Positions 28,701-43,700 of a stretch of 64,000 nucleotides of DNA are shown here, piece by piece. The notes beneath the pieces were generated by a model. The model was not told the DNA's origin and did no database searches. It saw only the letters and a program-made list of their open reading frames with translations. The stretch is from Phoronis australis (Eukaryota > Animalia > Phoronida). A program made the position numbers and the translations under genes. The stretch's first letter is position 1. Each line of letters begins with the position of its first letter. The stretch is from NCBI GenBank assembly GCA_002633005.1, contig NMRA01000029.1:1604200-1668199 (forward strand). Direction: 5' to 3'.

Positions 28701-31700
28701 GCCACCATAATATAAAGTCAACGACGGGTATATATGATAGAACGATGCCGGGGAAAATAAAGACAAAACCTAGTTTTGATGCTAAGGGAGTTGTTTGTCT
28801 ACATGCATGCCAGCGATTCAGAACGAATGCTACGTGTCGCCTCACGCCTCTGTGAGAAAGAAGATAAATCCTCATCCAAATTCCTTGATTTGATAGGTAA
28901 TTTGACATTTCACTGCCTCGATCTCTTTTGTTTAATTTAGTCACAAATTTACCATTGATGCTTCCTAGGTTCGCTTGTTTTGTATCAGGAGCTTTCGAAT
29001 TTTCGCCCATTTGAGTTATGCGCATTTATTAGCCTTTAACCTTTTTCTTAGTTCACCCTCTTCGCTGCTGAATAAATGAGTTTGAACCCCCGTCTTTGTC
29101 GATGGTTGACACTGTTGCCAGTCAGCCAGGACAAAGGTGTGATCAGCCACAAAAACTCCTCAGAAATTAAAGGCTGATGACGTGAAATATGCACCAAAAG
29201 CAACCAACAGTATTCGTCTAAGTAAAAAATACACAAGCAACACCCAATAAGATTGAAGTATGACAAATAAAGTTTGGCCTTAACAGACCCGCAAAGACAA
29301 TTTCGAACGGAATGGTATTTTGCCTTGAATAGTCAAGTTTTTGACCAACATGAAGGACAAAAAACGCGAATTCTGTCAACACCAGTCCCCTTATTTGGGC
29401 AAATGTCTGGACTAATGAAAAATCAATCGGACATTCTGAAAATAAATCAGGCCCAGCTCGATGGCAGACGCTTAACAAAATCTTTGAAATAGATACCTTA
29501 GCAACAATTATTTGAATCAACTCTAGAGAAATGGTTACGTAAACATGCGTTACCTTAACGTCATATTTTAGTTGAAGGAAAATATTGCACGTGGCCTACC
29601 TAGAATTCTATGAAAGGGAAGAGTAAAATAAGAATATTCAATGAAAAGTTATTAATTGATGAACACCAAATTACGCTGTATCTGTTCTCGCTCTTACTTC
29701 TGGCCACCTACAATCATTCAAATTACTGTGGGTACCAAAACTTTTTTCAAAAATGGATGAAGTCAGCATACGTACGCAACAAATGCTCTTAATGGTGCAA
29801 TCGCTGAAATTGTAGGATCTTCCGTGAAGATATACGTCAGACGCTTTTCTCTCGTGACTTTATCTTCAAATTTCATTGATAACTTTGCTGCTTCCTCTTG
29901 CGTCTCAACACCATGTAACAAACACACGGTCCTGTTGTCTGCGCGTCTGAAATACCCAAGTAACAATGGATCACAGTAAATGGCACTTTAAGAACATGTA
30001 TTTGTATCTGTATTTTCATCACGGCTGAAGAACGTTTCCAAAAGTGTAGGCAAACTCCAGTGGCGAATCTTTGATACAGCGAAGCAGACTCACGGAGTCC
30101 CTGAACTTAAGGGAGCTCAACATTGTATCCATCTTTTTGGAATATGCCTTTCATATACCATACATATACACATGTATGTATGTACGCATATAAGTATGTA
30201 TGTATGTTTGTATATATGTGTGTATGTATATATGTATGTATGTATGTATGTACGTATGTATGTATGTATTTATCGTATTGTAGTCGTATGTATTTATGGT
30301 CGTGACGAGTACATTTAATTCAAACAGCAATAAATATAACAGTGATAAGAAATATAAGTACCCAGCCCAGTTGGTCTTATAAGTCACTTTAACTACACAG
30401 CTCAGATGTACCATAAATGCGACAGTTTCTAAGTTCAAAAGCAGACTTGATATATTTGTGGAATTGCCTAAGGAAATACTGAAACAGCAGTTTTAACGCA
30501 TCTAGTCTTCTGAAATCTGCAAAGTTCAGGACTTCAAATGAAACATTATAAAGTAGAATAGAACAGCGTGAGCTAAAAAAGAACAATGAACACAAAATGT
30601 AGCTCATCCTCCACAGAATCAGTGTCGCAACACAAGCAAAATATTTCTCTTTCTGGAGTGTTTACATAACGACCAGTTCCCAAGTGCAATGGGAGATTTC
30701 CTGCTCTAAACTGGGTGAAAAGAGACCGCTCAGAACGAGAAAAATTGCGCTTCAGATAAAGTTCACCTAAAAACTCGTGCTTAAATAAAATGTAGGTTCT
30801 TACCTTGGCTTTTGTTACAACAGACTCAGTCCAAACATGCTTCGAGTATTCGAATAGATTTTTTTCTAGCATTTGCTATGTTATAAGTAGCCAAATTGTG
30901 AAAACAGGATTGTGTGCCAATTTTATAAAAAATGATACCGTCTATCCAACTATTTCTACCAAGAGAGTACTCTCATCGAAATACATTTTTCAATAACCTG
31001 TCATCACATGTGGTTACTAATTTGTTCCAAAGACGCAACATGTTCAATTAAAATCTGTTTCCGTTCGTGTCCCATCCCATGTCACCACCAACAGCATGAT
31101 CGGCTGTAAATCGGTTGACCCCTTGATAAAAACGTATTAGCTCTGTTTTGAATTATTTCATCATTACTAAAATTTTTGTAACCACAAGCAGATGACCTCT
31201 AATCCAAATTTGGTGCCTCACGCGAATTAAATAATGTTTTAAATCTTTCGAATTCTACATTCTTTTTATCACGGAATGTTGAGCACATCTTCCCTAACGC
31301 TCTACCAGAAGCTTTAGATAACGTATTCAAATTTTATTTGAAGTCAAGGTGATAATACAGAATACAGCCTAAATATTTTGTATGAGGATTTAAAACATTA
31401 CTGATGACGCCGTTTAAAATAAATTCAAAATTGCTTCTAAGCATAGACTTATCTCGAAGATGGACAACGTTAGTTTTTGCATGTTTAAAACCATTCTCCA
31501 CTTTTTGAATCACTTGTTTAAAATCTTCAACAAAAACTGCATGTCATTTTCATTTTCAGACAGAAATGCGATATCGTCGGCATAAAGAACTAAAACATTG
31601 TTTTTATGTATGTATGAATGTATGTATGTATGTATGTATATGTGCATCTATGTATGTATGTATGTATGTATGTGTATATGTATGCATGTATATGTGCATC

Positions 31701-34700
31701 TATGTATGTGTGTATATATGTGCATGTGTATATGTATGAATGTATGTGTGCGTCTATGTATGTATGTATGTGTATATGTGTATATGTATGTATGCATGTA
31801 TATGTGCATCTATGTATGTATGTATGTATGTATGTATATGTGCATCTATGTATGTATGTATGTATATATGTGTATGTGTATATTTATGAGTGTATGTATG
31901 TATATGTGCATCTATGTATGTTTGTATGTATGTATATATGTGTATATGTATGTATGTATATGTGCATCTATGTGTGTATATATGTGGGTGTATATGTATG
32001 AATGTATATGTGCGTCTATGTATGTATGTATGTGTATATGTGTATATGTATGTATGTATATGTGCATGTATGTGTGTATATATGTGGGTGTATATGTATG
32101 AATGTATATGTGCGTCTATGTATGTATGTATGTGTATATGTATGTATGTATATGTGCATCTATGTATGTTTGTATGTATGTATATATGTGTATATGTATG
32201 TATGCATGTATATGTGTGTATATGTATGTGTTTATGTATGTATATGTGCATCTATGTATGTATGTATGTATGTATGTATATATGTGTATATGTATGTATG
32301 TATATATGTGTATATGTACGTATGTATGTATATATATATATATATGTATGTATGTATGTATGCATGTTTGTGCATCTATGTATGTATGTATATATGTGTA
32401 TTTGTATGTATGTATGTATGTATGTATGTGTATATATGTGCATCAATGTATGTATGTGTTTATGTATGTATGTATATATATATATATGTATGTATGTATG
32501 TATCTATGTATGTATGTATGTATGTTTATATGTGTATATGTATGTATGTATGTATATGCGCATCTATGTATGTATATATGTAAATATGTGTATGTGTATA
32601 TGTATGTATGTATGTATATGCGCATCTATGTATGTATATATGTAAATATGTGTATGTGTATATGTGTGTATGTATGTATATGCGCATCTATGTATGTATA
32701 TATGTAAATATGTGTATGTGTATTTGTATGTATGTATGCATGCATGTATGTGTGCATCTATGTATGTATGTATGTATGTATATATGTCTATATGTATGTA
32801 TGTATGTATGGATGGATGTATATGTGCATCTATGTATGTATGTATGTATGTATATATGTCTACATGTATGCATGTATGTATGCATGTATATGTTCATCTA
32901 TGTATGTATGTATGTATGTATGTATATGTGTTTATATGTATGTATGGATGTAAGTATATATGTATATGTGCATCTATGTATGTATGTATGTAGGTATGTA
33001 TATATTAGTGTATGAGGTCGTTGTAACAGAAATGAGATGAGCTTCCGTCATGCCGTTATAACGGCGAAGAAGACCAGGGACTCATTATCTAAAATATTAT
33101 ATAGGTCAAAGTTACTTTTTATTCCACAAATTGGATAGGTCAACTGAAACGTGTGTACCAAGAACGATAATTCGAATTAAGTATCATGAGAATGATAAAA
33201 AGTCAATAAATTATTTCCAGTTCTTCATAAAACGAAAAGTTCTATCTACGGGAAACCATAAAACTCGATCAAGGGCAAGTTTCAGCTCCAACATTACGCT
33301 GATTTATTGTGATTCTCGAAAATTGCTTCTCTATACAGCACGCTACGATGTTGATTTTGATGATGTTAAAGAACTTACTCCAATATGTCACATGAAACCT
33401 CATCTAGTGAAACTTTATTGTCCAACAATGAACCTGTTTCGAGACTCTCGCCGGTTATCGTTATTCGGGTTCCGCCTGACTTTGGTCCACGTTTAGGCGT
33501 TACATCGAAGATGATGGGATTCTTCAAGGGTAAACATTATCATTGAGTTCATTGAGAAGATAAGTAGCAGACAACTATATCACAATACTACTGATAGCTA
33601 ATCCAGTGTCATTAGATAGTATGCCATCACATAGGAATTATTTTATGGCAATGCAAAACATTTGAATGCGTAAATTTACATGTACTGATACGCCGTAAAA
33701 TGTAACAATTTCGTAAAATGCAATTTGAAATTTTCGGAGGTAACAACTTCCTTTATCAACAAAAACAGAAATAAAGTAAAATCAAACACAAAATGACAAT
33801 TGACATATAAGATATGGTGTAATGAAAATGATACATTTTTGCGTAAAAAATTCAATGACATATTTTAAGAAGTTTTTATGTTCAATCCATGAGGTTCTAT
33901 TGTATTCAGTTTGTCTATCCAATATTGTTCTCTTTTAAGTCTGTGAGGGGTACTGGGGTGTTGGAGTTTTTCTATTATTTGTACAGAAAGATCTTGAATA
34001 TTATGGTTTTTGGAATTNNNNNNNNNNNNNNNNNNNNNNNNNNNNNNNNNNNNNNNNNNNNNNNNNNNNNNNNNNNNNNNNNNNNNNNNNNNNNNNNNNN
34101 NNNNNNNNNNNNNNNNNNNNNNNNNNNNNNNNNNNNNNNNNNNNNNNNNNNNNNNNNNNNNNNNNNNNNNNNNNNNNNNNNNNNNNNNNNNNNNNNNNNN
34201 CTTCTTAAAATATGTCATTGAATCTTTTACGCAAAAATGTATCATTTTCATTACACCATATCTTATATGTCAATTGTCATTTTGTGTTTGATTTTACTTT
34301 ATTTCTGTTTTTGTTGATAAAGGAAGTTGTTACCTCCGAAAATTTCAAATTTCAGTTGATCCATTCTTGTTGTTTTATTTACCGATTTATATTCTTCATT
34401 TCATGAAACAATAGTATCCTTGGGAGGATCTGGATCGCCTTATTTAGTTTCAGATATATTCTCTACGTAAAATGCAACAAGAGTTACATTTTACGTCATG
34501 GTTACGTTTTAAGTTGCTAGGCCTCCCCTAAAATGTGACAAGTCGTTACATTTTATGTACTTGTTACGCTTTATGTCGAATACACTCGCGAGAAATGTGC
34601 TGTGCTTGCCGAGAGTTAAAAAATAATCAATTTGTGAAGTTGGCGAAGGTCTAAACAAGATTTTTTAACACATCCTTCTCGTTTCCGAAAAGTAAGCCTA

Positions 34701-37700
34701 CTGTGCACCCAAAATATCCTTAAGATTGAATCTAGGGACACCTTTGAAATCATTTTGAAGTAGCACTTGTTGTCCACTAACGGAAACCCGGTGAAAGCAT
34801 TGAACCATAAATGAGATGTTTGAGGACCAGGATGTATTAGCACTTTGCTAAGCACGTATTGTGTACATGTACGTGTACATGTACATTGCACTGTGTCCTC
34901 CTAAATAAATTCAATAACAATAGCAATAATAGAATGATAATAATAATACTAATAATAGTCGTAATAGTAGTAATAGTAATAGTAATAGCAATAGTAATAG
35001 TAACGATAATGGTTTGCCAAATTCATGCCGTGTCATCCCGGAGGGTGTTTCTAAAGAATAGGTATACGAAAAGTGCAACCTAAAAGAGTGTTTTTTGCAT
35101 CAAAAATACTTTCCAAAATAGCACCATTTTCGACGAAATACTATCTAAAATGGTACCTTTTTGAATTGTGTGCGAAAAGTGAATTTTTACACAAAGTTAC
35201 TCTATAAATGGGTCACGTTTTGCCCGAGCCCACAATCTATATGGGTAGGTATACCAATTTTTGCACAGCACCCCTCGTTCCAAAATACTCCAATACCCCT
35301 GGCAGTGTCAGATGTCACTTGTTTGTGATTTTGGTCATTTGCTTCGTGGTATGACGTTGGTTTCGTAAAATGTAACAATGCTACATTTCTCGCATGCGCA
35401 TTTGACGTAAATTGTAACAGTTACGTGAAATGTAACAGCATGCTATATTTTAGAAGAGGTCCAGCTACGTAAAATGTAACAGCTGTTACATTTACGGCAT
35501 ATCAATGCACACAATTCCTGGGATAGAAATATCATGATGTTTCTTTTTTATGTTTTTATATTATGGCTCTCACCTGGATGGAAACTCTTCGTCTCACCCT
35601 TATAAGCGTTGGAATGCCTTTGGAAACAATCACCATACCCGAACTCAACTTTGTATTGTCAGTGTATCTTAATTGGACAGTACAAGTAATTAACAGAAAA
35701 TAAAACGTCACAATTATACTTAAGAACAAAGGCATTCTTTTAATGTGTTTCAATTGATTAACTTAGTGTTTGGTTCACAAATGATGACCAATTTACAAAG
35801 TGTGTATTATAACAACCGAAGAATGCAAGATGCTTGCAGACGACACTGGATCCATGTGCATTCCAACAACAAAATATATATACTCGGGAACCCAATGGTC
35901 GTCCGCCTAAGCATAAAACCGGCTTGTTGCCGTACTCACCCTATTATTCCACTTCAAAGTTATGCTCTGCATAGAACTTGATTTGACTCTCACAAATCCA
36001 TAGTATTAGTTGATTCAAAAGTTTTCTTTTATTTATGCTGAGTTGTTTGAACTGTGCATTGCTTTTCGGCAGCCATTTTATAATGACTCCCATGGTCGTC
36101 ATATACTGCCGCCTTTTGAAAGAAAAGAAAACCACACAGAAAAAGGCCAAGAAAATAGTGGAAAGTGGTTTACAGCAATTCTACTTCAACCACAAACTGT
36201 TTTACTAGTATGATATCAATTTTTAAATTGATTAAAATTGATTTAGAATTTCAGTTCTGGAAAAATAAATCGCAATTGTTTTATTCCAGATAGACCTTAC
36301 TTATTTTGTATTTGTGAGCTCTTTATTTGACTTTTTTGCTCTTGTTGTTCTTAATAGTACCACTTATCTATGCTGTCTTTCTTTTTCTTTTCAGTTTCTC
36401 TTCATTCTCTGTTAACGCCTTGTCAGCCAAAACACAAAATGTAACCCTTTGAGACTTTGTCGGCGCAAGTTGATCATTGAACCTGTTGTTCTAATTGTTC
36501 TAATAAATTACCCAATATGGTATTGTTTGATTATTTTTTCTCACCTTTAACAGGCTTCTGAAATCATAAATAAATAAATAAATACCCAAGTTGCATTTGC
36601 ATTTTATTGCTCAATCTCTTCTTTATTTTTGATTATGTCATGCTGTGTTGTATGCAGTAACAATGCAATATAGTGAAATAAAGTCAATGTTTTACTTTTT
36701 TGGTGGCTATTCTCTATCAGTTCAAGTATTTTAATTTTCTTCAAATAAATTCAAAATGCTTTAACCAAAATTTTTCACATAAATGTTGAGCTCAGTACTT
36801 TGTTTTGCAATAAAAAAACAAGTGGACAATATTTTGATGACCAAGGCATGGGCCGAAACTGTTAAGCACCCAGCGTGTTCCATTTGTCTGCTGTGTTTTT
36901 CCTTTGGCCTAACAGGTGTCGGTCAGTGCCTGGGACAAACAGATACATTGCATAAACAATCCCTGAGTTGTTTTTTGTTCCGTCTGAAGAAAATTTAATT
37001 TCGAAAATATCTTCTGAAAATGAACAAAAAAGTGCATTAGTAAAATCTACAAGTTTTTAAGTGATCTCAAAAAAGCAGTCGGTAAATGCATTAATTTTAG
37101 TCTCGGTTCTTCCATGCGTGTTTCTACCGAGAAGTTAGTACCTAACGTGCAGACGAGCACTCCAAATTGGAACGCTAAGTCCCGCGTGGCTGCGCTGCAC
37201 GCGAAAGAAGATGGCGGACGACCTTTGGAGCCTGACGACGATAGGTATCCGGACTATATAACGGGTAAATCGCAAAAAACTAATGCTCACTGATCTATGC
37301 TTCGGCGAATATGACTAAACAACGCATCGAAAACTTCAACACGTCATGTAGAAGATGACTAAAACTTTGAACTGATTGCACAACTGGTACAAACTATTAA
37401 AAACATTGTGTTTGAGGAGGTGGTCCTTCGTGTCAAATATATAATTGTCAGATAGTCAATTAACGATCTTTTTATATATACGCTTCACTTACGCATCCAG
37501 TCATGCTTCTTAGTGTTCACATAAGAATGGACCGTTTGTGTGACCTGGTTAACAACAGTTTGTGCCATCCGACAACTTATGCTAACGAGTTCACTGCACT
37601 AAAAAGTTTAGATGGATATAGTGAAAAGCAATTTTTCCTCGCACATCGTTTCATTCTACATGCTTTGTTTTGTGGCGTAGACTGAGGAATAATTTTCGTT

Positions 37701-40700
37701 TTCTAAGTTTGTTTGTCCATATCCCACCGCCATGTTACCTTGTATTCAAAACTAGAGCTGAACGTTCCAGTAACACCATCCACTTCAACCTTTATTTCAC
37801 CAGCACCAGCTTTTGCACGTTGCCCAGATTGGCATACGATCTTTCTGGAAACTACGTAGCCTTCATCTATGCTTTCGCACGTAACCCCAGCCAGACTTAC
37901 TGCACGCTTTACACTTTCTGAACTGTATCCTAGGTTTTGACCATTTAGAGTTACAGTGGCGCCTCCTTCCACAGTGGTGTTCAGAGGAACTACCTACGGG
38001 TAGTCAAAGTACGACCTCTAAGCATAGAAAAAATGTGAAGATTGTCGGAATAAGAAATACAAGCATCTACCTGTGTCATTTTCGACAACAGCAAGCATAC
38101 AATTTGAATGTGCTTAAAGAGGTTTACTTCCTTCCTACACAACCAAAGCTTCTATTGGTGATTTTCGCCATTGACGATATCGCCAAAATTAGGTTGCTTA
38201 ACATCAATCGCAGGTGATCTTTCATTTCCTTTAAGTACTATCAAACAAATGCTAGTATTGCAAGACAGCGTTGAGGCTGACTTGTCTGCATTAGTAAGTC
38301 TGTTGCCGATTTTTCATTGTCAGGTCTTACGTGTAAGTAAGAAGGGAATATACCTTTAGATTGGTTTGAAAAAGAGATTATTGTTCAAGCCCGCATTACA
38401 TCACAAAATCAACTTTTGGGTTAGACCACTTACCGCGATGAATTTGGTCTCAAAGTGTTCCTTTGTGAACCTTAAGGTAATTTCAAAGCTTCAAAAACAC
38501 CGGCAGTTCGTACACGTAAAGCCTAGTTGCGTACAATCGGCCTCAAAACTGAACACAAACAGTTCAGTATAAACTGGTAACCAACAACTGAGAGCAACTG
38601 ATTGAATCTGATCAGTTTGAGAGTCTGGCCGATGTGCTCTTCTTACCACAGCGTACAGCTGATCACTCAGTTGCTGTTGCACATGTTCTACTTTTTCAAC
38701 GACCATTTGATGGTCATGTGACCTAATTTTACTCTAAAACATAACAAAATGGCGAGCGGTTGGACTGATTCTGCAGACGATGCTCTCGTTGAAATGTGGC
38801 GCGAGAGACCGTGTCTTTTCGACACAAACATCAAAGGCTACTCCAACAGGGACACAAGAAAAGTGACCATGTTCAGCTGACTAAAAGGCAAAAATCGCAT
38901 TGGGCGTTTTACTCTCATAAAATCCGGGGATCTCGTAATATTCCTTGCCATGACTGATGACATAAAAACGTTTCACAGTTTATTACAAGGGTCTCGTAGC
39001 TTACTCTTTAATGGTTACAACTCAGTCACTGCCAGTCGTGTTCGATGAGTGCGCAAATGTGACTTGGGGGGTAACCAACCTCCCGTTCAGTAACGTCGCT
39101 AAGACCTCACTGAAAACCAAGACTTCGCGAGATTACGCGAGATTTTGCCGTGTGTTTCAAATGAGAACACGTGACTTTGGCTAGATTTTAGCTATGTCCT
39201 ATCGTAAGTCCTAGCGTTACTGAACGTGCGATAGGACTGCCTAGCTTCTCGCAATCGCTAAATTTCCGTTGTACCCGTGGTTAGAAACTGACATGTGCGG
39301 AGTCTGCCAGTTGCCTTGTCGATGTATGCTTAGCTTAAGCGCTTGAGCTCTCGTTAGTTGGCTATAAATTGACGTATGCACCGAGATCATGGCAACTGGG
39401 AATAACGAGATATCGGGTCTTTGCAAACACAGAAAACACATCTTTTCAGTAGTAACAAATTGAGAACAATTTTATTGCGCCATTTAGTATTCAAGAGCAA
39501 CAGTTGTTTTTTAACAACGGATTTACAAGTGTTTTAAATATTGTCCTAGCAATAAATCCTTACGGAAAAATGGTGACTGAGGATGCTCCTGCTTGAAAGT
39601 GGTGACGAAGAAATGTGCATCACATCTATGTATTATCATACATGAATACACTAGACTTCTATGATGTACATGTATACAAGCAGGCTTGCGGTTTAAGACA
39701 ACACGCGTTCTTGTTAAGACACACAATGTAATAACTGACCGATAAGCTCATTGCGCTAATGCGAGAACACGTGCATACATAAACATAGAAGGGCCCTCTA
39801 TTCCTCAAGTTTGTGGTCGAATATCCGCTCCTCTATCCTGTGAAGCATATTTTGAAAAAATTCAAACGAAATTCCCTTCACCGACCCTAATTAAAATTTG
39901 ACTTCAGTGATTAAAAATTCTACTCATGGCTGAAATCTGTTCTGCAAAAGGTCAGACTTGGCTAATTCAGGCAGACAAAGACTATCACCGGAGGCTGGAA
40001 TAGTGGTGAGAGAGGGCTCTGACAAAACTTTCATTACTTCATGGAATAAATGTATATTGCGAGAACGTGTTAATCTGTTCTCTCGCACTGACCATTCATT
40101 AGCTTTTACACAGTGTGCCAACACAGGAGTGCCTGTTGCTCCGGAATCTGGGGAAGATAAAATCAGCAGAAGTCATTGTTGCCGTCACTTTTAGGCTATT
40201 TGTATTCTGGCAACTTACATAAACGTTTTTCATGTATGCACATCAATAGCTATTAAACGCTAAACGTTATTTCATGATATTGTAGCCATTATCTCACCGT
40301 GTTGATAATGATGTGTTGGCAAGGATTTCTATCACCCGATGGTGTATAAACACAATTGCCATTCCACGCGCACAGATACGACTCCGTTACGTTGTGACAT
40401 AACCCACATTCTTGTCCTAGTAGGGGGCATTTGTACATTTCAGCTGCAAAACAGACAGGTGTTATGACGTTACGATATTTAGTTGTGAAGTGTATGGCAT
40501 AATTGTGAAATACACATAAATGTCACGTTATATATTATTATTCTTATTATTATCACTATTACTATTATTACTATCATTGTTACCATTACCATTACTATAG
40601 TTATTGTAATACTATCATTAGTGTTATTAGTGTTATTCTTATTGTTGTTGCTTTAGTTTGACATTTTACTTTTATTTGATTGACTTTAAAACGTCAAAAT

Positions 40701-43700
40701 GTTAGTATACTGTACAAGGCCAGGACAGCATGGCGCCTTTTCAGTAATGTGTAGCATAGTTTCCTGTAACGTGTGGCGTTAGAAAAATCCAACGAAAGTG
40801 TCATGTGACTTCTTCGGTGAATACTGACTCAGAAACGATTGGACCCAGAGGCTTTGTAAGATAACCAATTTTCTTAGATACCACAGTTGCTGCATATTTG
40901 TCTTATCTTCTGAATCATATTTTCTTATTTCAAGAGCCCTTCTTTTGGAGAAAAGACCTGACGATAGAATCACTCTCCTGTTATTTTATAATTATTGTTA
41001 ATCCTGTCATACTAAGGTCCAAATTTGAATGCATGCTAACACATGCAAGATCATTTGTATATGATTTGAAATACTCACCAGAAACTTTATTGTCAATTTC
41101 AAAGAGTCCATTCCATACAAGGGATATTTCAACTTGTTTTCGCTCCAGACTTTGGGGATAGGAGTACTGAAACAAAAATCAGAAAATGTCCTTGTAATTT
41201 GAAGGCCCTCTTTTTGAAAATTACTAAAACAAAATCTCAGTCGTTTTATGTAAAGCCAAAAGGCATTGTCGGTTCCAGTTGTCAGTGGGAGCGATGCGTA
41301 TTTTTATTCAGCTCAAATCAGTTTCAACCAATTGCAGTACTCAAGCCATTCGATTTCTTTTAGTAACAGCGTCGACCGGTAGGAGCACTAGCACGTGCAC
41401 AGCAAAGCGCATCATTTCCAGACATTCATGCCCCACTAGACACGCAACGGCGTTCAACACCTTACTTGCGTGTCTTTTGGAGGTTTTTCGGAGGTTTTTC
41501 AAAAAGAGCTCGAGAACCTAGCTGGAATTCATACGGGTGGGTGCTTTTTTGTTTAAGTAATCAGGCGCAGGCTTCAAAATCAGTCGAGATACAGGCTAGG
41601 ACAACGAACGTATAAACTGTTTGACTTCATGAACGGTCATAAAAAGAAAACTGGACTCGTTTGATACTAATGTACATTGGGGACCTATAAATGCGTGGTA
41701 TCTCAAGTCCTGAAAAGGTGCATCATTTTACAACACTGAGTGACAATAGTTGCCCCAAGTGTTTGTGCAGGCTATCGCAAAAAGAACCCATACTATAAAT
41801 AGAATTTTAAGATTTGGCCAGTACATGGACAACTTTTCGACACGAGTCAGTTTGCTTTGAGTTAGTTGTTCCTTCCAAAACAACGAGAGTTATTAATTTT
41901 TCATAAAAATGCGGCTTTGGCTTTGTGGATCTCTCCATTTTTTAGTCTTTTGTTAGCACCAAGTTCTGAATCACGAAAATCATGAACTCATCCATGTCTA
42001 GTCACGTCTTGTTTTAAATTACCTGTGTATTTTCAAGGCACTCGGCAATGTCACCCGTAATTCTGGCGCTTGTTGTGAATATGAGGTCATCCACTTTTAC
42101 CTTGCACTCATAGACAGTTTGGCTGTCCTACAAAAATTCCATAATGCGTACATATTAGCTCCTTAACACACAGTTTACTGGGAAACTGTGACATTCCGAT
42201 GTCAAGTTTGCCATTGACACCTACAAAAGTAAAGCCGCTGTGAATCCTCATTTTGTAAAAAGCTAACTTTTAATTTATATAATTGGGTTCAAATTGTTGA
42301 AATGTTTGCTTTCTGAGCTTACAAAGAACTGAGTCTTTGCTACTGCTTGAGATCAGGCAGTCGAAAGTCACTAATGCGGCAAGACATTTTCGCTTGACAT
42401 CTTTAATATTTTCGGTGCATGGTTCGCTGCCAAAATTGTATTGGGGTTGAGCAGGCCAGACATAGGTCGGACCGATTGTACACAACACCTGATCGGAAAC
42501 CCATGAGATATATCTCTTACGTATATAACTGCAGTCATTTAACTTTTCCTGAGAAAGGTTGCAGACGTCGTAGCCGCGTAGGCTATATTCTTCTGCCACT
42601 GATGATTAGCATTTGAACCAAGTTCCTGTCCGCAGACCGTCAGCGTCCCCCAGAGCAAGGTTACACCGCACACGTTGCTTCGTCAAACCGTGTGTAAGAC
42701 CTCAAATGGCCAGACGTAGGCTCGTAACTGGATAAAGCTCATCCTAGTGCATGCTTGCCTATAATCTATGTTGACACTTAGCATTTGGTCCAAGATGCTG
42801 TCTTCACATAAAAGGTCCAGAACGATCACCGTTTGAGCTTGTTTTGTCATCTCGATTCACTTAATTCTATTGAATAACTCAAATTTTTTCCTTACTCACC
42901 AATCACTTCATAACCGCAATTTCGCTGGTGTAGGCGACTGCGATCACGACCGTATCTGAGGAACGTTCGATTTCACTTGCGTGATTTCATGTAATATTGC
43001 GATTCTTGCATCTATATGTATGCAACAAACGAAATACCCAGCAAGTTAGTTGTTCCCGTTTCTGGTCATTTTATATTGGACTTGCAGTTCCAAAATTTCT
43101 TTTACCGAACTGAGTAGGTTTAAATTAGTTGGCCAAGGGTAAATGAATTAACTCAAAATTTAATTGTTTACGCAGAAGGCAGGTGGGCATACACATCAAT
43201 TTTAAATGGCTTCAAATACAGTCAGAATAAACATTGATTAAGTAATTAGTAAGAATAGATCCATTTTAAGTAGCCCAAAATTTGTGCATATGTACTTTTA
43301 AATCATGGGGTCAGACTTGTTGACATGTACTTTAACGTCAAAATCTATTTTTAAGTGGTGTTTGCAACTTCGGGCTCTGGGTTCAAAGTACTGTAGAGAT
43401 TCTAGAAAATTCTGAGAACAAACTGTAACAGCCAATGATATGATTGGATATGATCATGTGGTTTTTATTAACTAATCACTAAATAAGTAGAATATTATAA
43501 TATGAGCTTTAAAGTCAACAAGATATTCAGATGCGCTATAGTGGATGAAGCATAAAGACTTGCTACAGTCTACAGAGAAAATTGTACAACAGAGCCATCT
43601 TGTGGAAGATTCTAGAAAGGATCTTGGCAAGAGCAAGGGTTAGGAGGCACTGGACAGTTCTCACGGTGATTTGCCTATCAAAACACACGTCAATGGACTC

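Larger units (their letters stand above)
33686..35504. mobile_element. Unclassified TIR element hosting the Penelope insertion
   Basis: TIR TGATACGCCGTAAAATGTAACA / TGTTACATTTACGGCATATCA; flanks atgtac and atgcac; many internal AAATGTAACA motifs. Confidence 0.6.

Noticed and set aside
31598-33015. Many long ORFs (up to 251 aa) of M/Y/V/C/I or H/T/Y/I
   Set aside because: They are translations of a stop-poor TATG satellite
42900-43011. Exon-like segment as a plexin coding exon
   Set aside because: Stops in all three frames, and exons 8 and 9 already join in frame
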